Below are positions 10,096 through 16,870 of a stretch of DNA of 64,000 nucleotides, in pieces. Positions within the stretch are counted from its first letter, which is position 1. Each line of letters begins with the position of its first letter. The DNA is taken from NCBI GenBank assembly GCA_963748405.1, contig CAVVIT010000008.1, forward strand, positions 34,018-98,017, given 5' to 3'. Made by a program: the position numbers and the translations under genes. This DNA comes from Ignavibacteriota bacterium. GTDB lineage: Bacteria > Bacteroidota > Ignavibacteria > UBA10030 > UBA6906. The notes under the pieces were generated by a model that was not told where the DNA came from, did no database searches, and saw only the letters and a list, made by a program, of their open reading frames with translations.

Positions 10096-10737
10096 TCATC
10101 GCCTTGCGTTGATGTGACGGCGCGGCGCTGTCCCCTTTCCAGCTGCAAACTTTGGAAACATCGTTCCGGTTGTCTTTCTGTACTCTCTGTACGGCTTGCC
10201 GAACCTCTCCATCAGGTACGCCTCTTCGCGGGGAATAACCACCAGCCGGATCATCAGGATTCCGGAGATCGCGTATCCGAGGACAATCCAGTGAGACGTC
10301 GCCAATGCCAGGCCTGCAAGGAAGACGCATTCCACTGCATACAGTGGGTGTCGGACGTACCGGTAGGGCCCGCGTGTCACCAGCCTCTGGCTGAAGACCG
10401 CCGAGAACGCCCCCGTAGAGTTGTTGCCCAGGTAACTGAACACCCAGAGGAACAATACAGGTGACGGCAAAACTGCTATTGCACCGAGCGTCCGCATCCA
10501 CGCGGGTGTCTCGATCATTCCCCGGCGAAGCCATGCGGGGCTCACGACGATCACGATCAAGATCGCGTAAAATGGAACTGCCCAGGCCCAGGTGGCGATA
10601 GCCGGAAGGGGGCCGTTCATTGTTGAATAAACGAGCAACGTGTTTCTGCGGGCGGCCAGGTGAAAGTAGAGCCAGACGAGGATGCTTGTCCCGGTACTCA
10701 CCGACAGAATAATCCGGCGTGTCTCTTCTTCCCCCAT
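10096..10737 (-). CDS. ICMT/PEMT-like integral-membrane methyltransferase
   Basis: About 5 TM segments. C-terminal block RGPYRYVRHPLYAVECVFLAGLA...REEAYLMERFGKPYREYRKTT is typical of isoprenylcysteine carboxyl / phospholipid methyltransferase family proteins. Confidence 0.8.
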   Translation of the reverse strand: MGEEETRRIILSVSTGTSILVWLYFHLAARRNTLLVYSTMNGPLPAIATWAWAVPFYAILIVIVVSPAWLRRGMIETPAWMRTLGAIAVLPSPVLFLWVFSYLGNNSTGAFSAVFSQRLVTRGPYRYVRHPLYAVECVFLAGLALATSHWIVLGYAISGILMIRLVVIPREEAYLMERFGKPYREYRKTTGTMFPKFAAGKGTAPRRHINARR

Positions 10738-10800
10738 ATGCCCGATCTGCTGTTTAGCGGTACGTGAGTGGCTCGCTATAGCGTAGGCCGGGTGGCCCCT

Positions 10801-11751
10801 TCAGTCCGGTGATCGCCGCGGTGTACCCTGAACACGCGAAAAGAACAGCCGGACGCCCTCCCTGTGCATCGTTCGGCGCATCCGGCCGATATCGTCCCGG
10901 AACTGGCTGAGTCCGGGGTAGGGGGCTCCGTTACCGATCGGCTTCAGCGTTTCCTCCGCCCGATCGATTCTCTGCAGCACCATCCGGAATAGTCGGTCGA
11001 TTCCGCCGGCTGCAAGCGTCTGCTTGACGGCGATCAGGGCCCGACCGCTCCGTGCCGGACCGGACAGGCTCTTCCCGAGCATGACCCTCGCAACCGAATT
11101 GAATCGCCCCCGGCGCCAATCCTCGTCCAGGTCCTGGAAGTCGTCAAGCAACTGACCGGCAACGGCGATTTCACGCCAGAAGAGTCGCGCCCGCCGAAGA
11201 TCCCTTGATCCGGAATACCGGATACACACCGCGGACGCTCCGATCGTGAAGATTGCGCATACTCTCGCGTATTCGTTCAGGAGCACCGTGGCGCTTCCTT
11301 TGCGAGCTCTCTGCAGTCTGTCAACCCGTGTCTCGCCCCGGATGGTGGCTTCGATGGATGCGAAATACTCCCTCCAGAATCGGGAGCGGTGCGGAAAATG
11401 GCGCAAGAAGGTCCGGACCGATTCACATTGAATCAGGTCTGCGGCGAGTACAAGCCGGCCGGAGTCAGAGACGCGGTCGAGCAGATCGTCCTTGATTCGG
11501 AAAGCAAGGTAGACGCAGAACTGTCCCCAGAGGACGTCGTTCACAAACCGCCTGTCCGTGCTCGATGGTTTTGATCTGTAGCATCCAAGGAGCCAGAGCG
11601 GCAAAAGTACGAAGTGAGGCGGCGGTCCGCCCCCGCTGTTCATTGCCTGGACGGTGCGGGAGCGGACATACCTTTGCAGTTCAACCCGCAATGCCGGGTC
11701 CCACGAAGAAGTCAAACTTCGCAGGCGCTCTCTCATCGGGCTAATCTGCAC
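10801..11751 (-). CDS. phytoene/squalene-synthase-like (class 1 isoprenoid synthase fold) protein
   Basis: GTG start is preceded by GGAGG (4 nt spacer). Two Asp-rich motifs about 120 aa apart: FRIKDDLLD and GQLLDDFQDLDEDWRRGRFN. The second resembles the SQS_PSY signature ..RDvgED.rrGRvYlP. The ~316 aa length fits the family. Confidence 0.55.
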   Translation of the reverse strand: MQISPMRERLRSLTSSWDPALRVELQRYVRSRTVQAMNSGGGPPPHFVLLPLWLLGCYRSKPSSTDRRFVNDVLWGQFCVYLAFRIKDDLLDRVSDSGRLVLAADLIQCESVRTFLRHFPHRSRFWREYFASIEATIRGETRVDRLQRARKGSATVLLNEYARVCAIFTIGASAVCIRYSGSRDLRRARLFWREIAVAGQLLDDFQDLDEDWRRGRFNSVARVMLGKSLSGPARSGRALIAVKQTLAAGGIDRLFRMVLQRIDRAEETLKPIGNGAPYPGLSQFRDDIGRMRRTMHREGVRLFFSRVQGTPRRSPD

Positions 11752-11781
11752 GAATCCTCCGGGTCCATCTTGGGATCCGCT

Positions 11782-12018
11782 TTACCAGAGGAGGTCCTTG
11801 TGAAAGCGCCGGTATTTCCTGACGAGGGCGCTGTAGATTTCGAAGTCTTTCATGGCCCTCTTGTCTGCGCCGAGCTTCTGGAGTTTCTTCATGTCTTTCG
11901 CCGTGATTTGCAGCCTGGAGAGATCGAGTGCCTTCTGCGGGTTCTTCAGCAGGGCTCTGAAGAATTTCGGGTCTTCGACGCAACAGTTAACGACGTGCTT
12001 CAACGTGACTCGTTTCAT
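11782..12018 (-). CDS. small basic protein with NHLP/Nif11-leader-like N-terminal half
   Basis: ATG is preceded by AAGGAG (6 nt spacer). VEDPKFFRALLKNPQKAL resembles the NHLP leader core (..DeaFrqeLlsNPkaaL..). It sits 30 nt upstream of the synthase-like gene. Confidence 0.5.
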   Translation of the reverse strand: MKRVTLKHVVNCCVEDPKFFRALLKNPQKALDLSRLQITAKDMKKLQKLGADKRAMKDFEIYSALVRKYRRFHKDLLW

Positions 12019-12078
12019 GGTGATCTCCTTTGGGGTGGGGGGTGATGATTGCGCCGGGGACCCGGCGGCCGGTCCTGT

Positions 12079-14394
12079 TTATCTGTCCAGCAAGATTCTC
12101 CTGAGCATGTCCTGGTATCGGGGGTTTGAATGCTGTGTGTCCCAGGCGATGTCGATCTTGAGTCCGTTAAGGGACTGCGATTTGTCCCGGTACGCCCGTT
12201 CCAGCCATGAATACGCGTTGCTCGTGTCGCGGAGGATTGCGTACGCCGCGGCGACGTTGTAAGGCTCCACGGTGCCTCCATTCCCCGCCTGCAGGTAGTG
12301 ATTCAGAAGCGCACGTGACCTCCGGACCTGCCCGCAGAATCCAAACATCTGCGAGCAGTTGATCTCGACCCAGCTGTCGTGGGCCGTAATTTCCAGTGCC
12401 CTCTCAAGATAGACGGCGGCGCTATCGCAATCCCCTCTCTGGGCCAAGGCGAATCCCAGGATGAGTGTCAGCGCGGGTTCACCGGGATATCGCTGCAACA
12501 ACTCTCTCGCCTTTTCAATGGCCTCGACATACCGCCTCGCATTCACGTACATCGCCGCCATCCAGAACCCGTGGGGGTCGATCGAAGGGTCGATCTCGGA
12601 AGCACGATGCATCCTGGCGATGGCTTCGTCAAACCTCCCTTGCCATTGGAGCATGTTTGCGTAGGCCTGGTGAATCTGTGCGTCACCGGGGCTGATTTCC
12701 AGTGCATGAGAAAATGCGCCCCCCGCTCCCTTCCAGTCCCACTGCGCTTCATCAAGAATCCCGAGCGCCACCTGGCTGCTGGAGCTTTCAGCATCGAGCA
12801 ACAGGGCCGTCTCGACCGCTCTTCGCATCCGCGGCATAACCTCGGCCTGGGTCCAGAATCCGAAGAAGCTCCCGTACTGGTACATCATAACCGCAAACGG
12901 ATAGAACGGCGGGTACGCGCTATCCAGTGAAATCGCCCGTTCCAGGAGATCCAGGGCGGCCCTGTGCTGGCGCTCGTCGGCACCGATGGTATAGAACGTC
13001 TCCCGGGCCTTCAGATAGAGCTCGTACGCCTTCGGATCGACTTTGCGGGACTGGCTCAGGCGCGTCGCTTCATCGTGCCCCACTTCCACGCGTACCGCAC
13101 GGACGAGCCCCTGTGCGATCTTGCTCTGGAGATCGAGAAGATCCTCGACACTTCCGTCGTAGCTCTCGGACCAGAGCGAGGCGTCCGTTGCAGGATCGAT
13201 CAGGTTTGCGATGACGTGAACGCGGCCGTTCAGGTGGAATATCGATCCGTGCACGAGCGCCGTTGCCCCGAGGTCGCGGGCTATCTCCGCGTAGCTCGCC
13301 TGGCTTCCCTTGAACATCATGGTTGCCCTGACTGAACGCACTTTAAGCGAGGCGACGTGCTGGAGTTTCTCGATGATTTCCCAGCACATGCCGTCGGCCA
13401 GGATCTCCCCGGTGGAGTCCTTCGAGAGATTGTGGAACGGAAGGACGGCGACGCGGTCGGCAACTGCCCCTCTTCCCGAGAGGTAGTACGTCATCAATGC
13501 GGCGAGGATCACACATGCCACCCCCAGGCCGGAGTACAGGAGGCGGCGCTTCCTGGCGGGGGAGGTCTTCGTCCTTGATGAAATGGCGTCGCCGGACCTG
13601 GCGGCTTTCAGGTCCAGGAGAAGTTCGGCGGCAGTCTGATACCGCTCGTTCGGATTCTTTGCCAGTGCCCGAAGACAGATGTTCTCGAGCGGCTCCGGCA
13701 CATCGGGCCGGAGATCCCGCATCGGTTTGGGGTCCGCGTTGAGTATCGAGTAGAGAAGAGCTTCCTCGTACTCGCTCTCAAACGGCGTCTTGCCTGTGAG
13801 CATTTCGTACAGGACGACCCCGAAGGAGAAGATGTCGGAGCGGGCATCGAGCAGCTCGCCGCGGATCTGCTCGGGCGACTTGTACGCGGCCGTCCCGACC
13901 GTGGTCCCCGTCCGCGTGAGCTTCAGTGAACCCTTGACCTTGGCCAACCCGAAGTCCATAACCTTCACCAGGTTATTGGAGTTGACCATGATGTTTTCCG
14001 TCTTGATGTCGCGGTGGACGATCCCGTGGACGTGGGCTTCGTTGAGCGCCTCCGCTATCTGGACGGCGTACTCGATCGCATCGTCAATGTTCTTGACCGG
14101 CAGCAGATCACGAAGGGTCTGCCCGTCCACGTACTCCATGACGATGAACTGCTGTCCATCGTGCTCCTGGACGTCATGGATGGTGCAGATGTGGGGATGG
14201 TTCAGAAGGGCGGCGGCCCTGGCTTCCTCGAGGAGACGGCGGCGTTCGGGGTCGTGGCTCTCGTGGCCGTGGGGTAGGAACTTCAGTGCAACGGCGCGGG
14301 TGAGCGTCAGATCCTCGGCTTTGTAGACGACCCCCATCCCGCCTTCGCCGAGCTTCTCGAGGATCCTGTAGTGCGAGATGATCCTGCCGATCAT
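12079..14394 (-). CDS. Ser/Thr protein kinase with TM segment, TolB_N-like module and TPR repeats (paralog of 7001..9976)
   Basis: MIGRIISHYRILEKLGEGGMGVVYKAED, HRDIKTENIM, DFG. TM segment GLGVACVILAALMTYY. TPR-like C-terminus. An alternative GTG start lies at 14430. Confidence 0.9.
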   Translation of the reverse strand: MIGRIISHYRILEKLGEGGMGVVYKAEDLTLTRAVALKFLPHGHESHDPERRRLLEEARAAALLNHPHICTIHDVQEHDGQQFIVMEYVDGQTLRDLLPVKNIDDAIEYAVQIAEALNEAHVHGIVHRDIKTENIMVNSNNLVKVMDFGLAKVKGSLKLTRTGTTVGTAAYKSPEQIRGELLDARSDIFSFGVVLYEMLTGKTPFESEYEEALLYSILNADPKPMRDLRPDVPEPLENICLRALAKNPNERYQTAAELLLDLKAARSGDAISSRTKTSPARKRRLLYSGLGVACVILAALMTYYLSGRGAVADRVAVLPFHNLSKDSTGEILADGMCWEIIEKLQHVASLKVRSVRATMMFKGSQASYAEIARDLGATALVHGSIFHLNGRVHVIANLIDPATDASLWSESYDGSVEDLLDLQSKIAQGLVRAVRVEVGHDEATRLSQSRKVDPKAYELYLKARETFYTIGADERQHRAALDLLERAISLDSAYPPFYPFAVMMYQYGSFFGFWTQAEVMPRMRRAVETALLLDAESSSSQVALGILDEAQWDWKGAGGAFSHALEISPGDAQIHQAYANMLQWQGRFDEAIARMHRASEIDPSIDPHGFWMAAMYVNARRYVEAIEKARELLQRYPGEPALTLILGFALAQRGDCDSAAVYLERALEITAHDSWVEINCSQMFGFCGQVRRSRALLNHYLQAGNGGTVEPYNVAAAYAILRDTSNAYSWLERAYRDKSQSLNGLKIDIAWDTQHSNPRYQDMLRRILLDR

Positions 14395-15023
14395 GGGACT
14401 CGCCGGAGGCGTGAATGATCCCGACGGCACGAAGCTTCAGGTGAACGGCGGTAAGATAGGGGAGAGGAACGCGAGAGTCAATCGCAGGCGGCGTCCGGCC
14501 CGGGAGTCCGGCCCGGGATATCGGAGTAAAGGTAATCTGCAGGCAGACTCATTGATAAAAAGTGTCATTCTGCATGTTCCTGAACCGGCCTCACCTCTCC
14601 ATGGAGAAGAGCGCTGCCGGATTCATTCATTGTACCAATACAGTTGATATTGTGATATTACACTAATATGGTTGAACAGTATGTTTTTCACGTTCCGGTC
14701 CCCCATTCCTCTTCCGACTCTACCCCCTCAGAATTCTCGCGGTACCCGGTCACCCCTTTTCCCATCAAAAGAATCCGCCAGTGATCACCCGTGGGCGAGC
14801 CCCGAGTATCGGCAAAGGGTCCGACACATCGCTCCACGCCAGGATATCCACACCCGCCGTGTGAAGGGCCCTTACACTGTCGTACGCATCCTTGATCAGG
14901 TCGTCCCCGTCGAATATACGCGCGCAGGTTATGCCAGTCTTCACAGTCGTCCTTCCTTCGCGTACGATAAGGTCTGCATAATACTGCAGAAATCGCCCCG
15001 GGTGGAGTCGCCGGCTAATTCAT

Positions 15024-15065
15024 AAAATATTTTAGAAATTACTTGACAATAACAAAAATATTTAG
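15024..15065 (+). promoter_or_regulatory. AT-rich island with direct repeat AAAATATTT(T)AG flanking a TTGACA, upstream of the glycan locus
   Basis: AAAATATTTTAG at 15024-15035 and AAAATATTTAG at 15055-15065, with TTGACA at 15043-15048. It lies about 70-110 nt upstream of the 15137 start, in an otherwise GC-rich genome. Confidence 0.3.
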
Positions 15066-15136
15066 GAAACTCGGACCACGGATCCCTCCCCTAACTCAAG
15101 CAGTCGAACCAGGACCCACAGATTCCGGGCGCAGCG

Positions 15137-16828
15137 ATGAGCGGAACACCCCGTGCCAGTTCGTTCATCTCGTTAATCCTCCTCTTGACGTACACATCGG
15201 TCGCCCCGGCCACAGGCAGGAATGGCCTCCGCGTCGACCGGGTAGACTCCCTGCGTATTGATACGCTCGGCATGCGGGTAATGGTGCCGGCGTATTTCGA
15301 CCCCCCGGGCTCTTACTGGCAGCGACTCGAAACGCAGGCGGCCAAAATGCCCGGCCGGCTCTATGCGATTGCCAATCCCAACAGCGGACCCGGCTCCAGT
15401 TACGACGCTTCCTATGCCTCCGCAATCGCCGCGATGCACGCCGATAGTGGAAGGGTGATCGGCTATGTCTGGACGAATTATGGCGCGGTGCCTGTAGCCA
15501 CCGTCAAGTCTCAAGTCGATCAGTGGTATGCGTTCTACCCCGCCCTGGACGGGATATTCTTCGATGGCCAGTCCAACGTGCCCGGCCAGGAGCCCTACTA
15601 TCAACAGCTGTACAACTACGTCAAGCAAAAGGATTCCGCGTCACTGGTGGTGGGAAACCCCGGAGCGAACACGCTGGAAAGCTACCTCTTTTACAACGGG
15701 CAGCGCGTAACGGACGTGATCTGCATTTTCGAAACGAATGTCGGTTTCGACTCCTGGACACCTCCGTTGTGGGCCGCCAAATACAGCAGGGACAATTTCT
15801 ATATCATCGCCTACAACACGCCCATCGGCCAGCTTGTGAGCCGGGTACAGCGGGCCGCCTCCTCGAATGTCGGGTGGACGTATGTGACGGATGCGACGCT
15901 CCCGAACCCCTATGATGTGCTCCCCGCGTATTTCGAAGACTACTGCAACTATATCGTCACCGGAGTCCCTCCTCCCCCTTCGGGCGGAAGCGGCGGCGTG
16001 ATCACCATTGACGGGAAATTCAGCGATTGGAAAGGCCTCTCCCCGCTCAGCCCGGCGCCGAATTACCCCTCGACGGATCCCACGGCGAGGATCACAAACG
16101 TCTGGGCGACGAACGACACTGCGAATCTCTATCTGAGCTACCAAGTCGCGGGCAATATCGATGCATCAAAGAACTTCTACCACATATTCCTTGATATCGA
16201 CCGGGACACTGCGATCGGGAAGACGGGCTATGTGTACAACGATAGCGCTTCGATCGGTGCGGAATACATGGTTGAGAACTCCTCGTTCTGGAAGTACAAC
16301 GGGTCCGGAGGGGCCAATTGGTCCTGGGTTTCCGCCGCGGGGATGAAGAAAGCCGATAGCGCAGGGAGAACCGAGCTGAGCCTCCCCCTGAACGTTCTCT
16401 TTCCGGGTCAAAACCAGGGGATAGTCCAGTTTCTCGTCGAAGTGAACTCTGCTGTGTCCCCCTACGGAATGGTGAATATCGCGCCGGGCAGTTACACAAC
16501 GCAGAGCTATGTGTACCGCACGGCCCTGACGACAGCAATCCTGCCCGGTGCTTCCGGTGCCCCTTCGTCTTATTCGCTCTCCCAGAACTATCCCAACCCG
16601 TTCAACCCGACCACGGCGATTCATTACGCGCTGGAAAAGTCGGGGCCCGTCAGGCTGAGAGTGTTCGACATCCTGGGCCGGGAGGTGGCCACGCTTGTTG
16701 AAGGTTACCAGAGTGCGGGGACTCATGTGGTCACATTCGATGGCACCGATTGTGCGAGCGGCGTGTACGTGTATTCGCTCCAGGCAGGCGGCGAAGTATT
16801 CGTTCGGAAGATGCTGCATCTCAAATGA
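15137..16828 (+). CDS. spherulin-4 family (GH135-like) glycoside hydrolase with beta-sandwich module and T9SS C-terminal sorting domain
   Basis: Pattern VPAYFDP..W, IANPNSGPG, GYVWTNY, GIFFDG, VVGNPG and IFETN parallels fungal Sph3 / spherulin-4 family. Signal-like N-terminus. CTD NYPNPFNPTTAIHYAL...VYVYSLQAGGEVFVRKMLHLK. Confidence 0.75.
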   Translation: MSGTPRASSFISLILLLTYTSVAPATGRNGLRVDRVDSLRIDTLGMRVMVPAYFDPPGSYWQRLETQAAKMPGRLYAIANPNSGPGSSYDASYASAIAAMHADSGRVIGYVWTNYGAVPVATVKSQVDQWYAFYPALDGIFFDGQSNVPGQEPYYQQLYNYVKQKDSASLVVGNPGANTLESYLFYNGQRVTDVICIFETNVGFDSWTPPLWAAKYSRDNFYIIAYNTPIGQLVSRVQRAASSNVGWTYVTDATLPNPYDVLPAYFEDYCNYIVTGVPPPPSGGSGGVITIDGKFSDWKGLSPLSPAPNYPSTDPTARITNVWATNDTANLYLSYQVAGNIDASKNFYHIFLDIDRDTAIGKTGYVYNDSASIGAEYMVENSSFWKYNGSGGANWSWVSAAGMKKADSAGRTELSLPLNVLFPGQNQGIVQFLVEVNSAVSPYGMVNIAPGSYTTQSYVYRTALTTAILPGASGAPSSYSLSQNYPNPFNPTTAIHYALEKSGPVRLRVFDILGREVATLVEGYQSAGTHVVTFDGTDCASGVYVYSLQAGGEVFVRKMLHLK

Positions 16829-16870
16829 GCGCGGAATGTGTTGTCCCGTATATCACTGGAGAATGACATC

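Noticed and set aside
9977-10534. 186-aa N-terminal extension of the first Ser/Thr kinase in the ORF track (7001..10534).
   Set aside because: The extension overlaps the ICMT-like gene in another frame and reads as low-complexity. The paralogous kinase starts at the equivalent MIG(R/Q)xISHY, so ATG 9976 was used.
14765-14944. Minus-strand 59-codon ORF (VKTGITCARIFDGDDLIKDAYDSVRALHTAGVDILAW...) that vaguely resembles a HAD-hydrolase C-terminal motif III region.
   Set aside because: It is too short and the resemblance too weak to call a gene or pseudogene without a database search. It is mentioned only within the intergenic-region finding.
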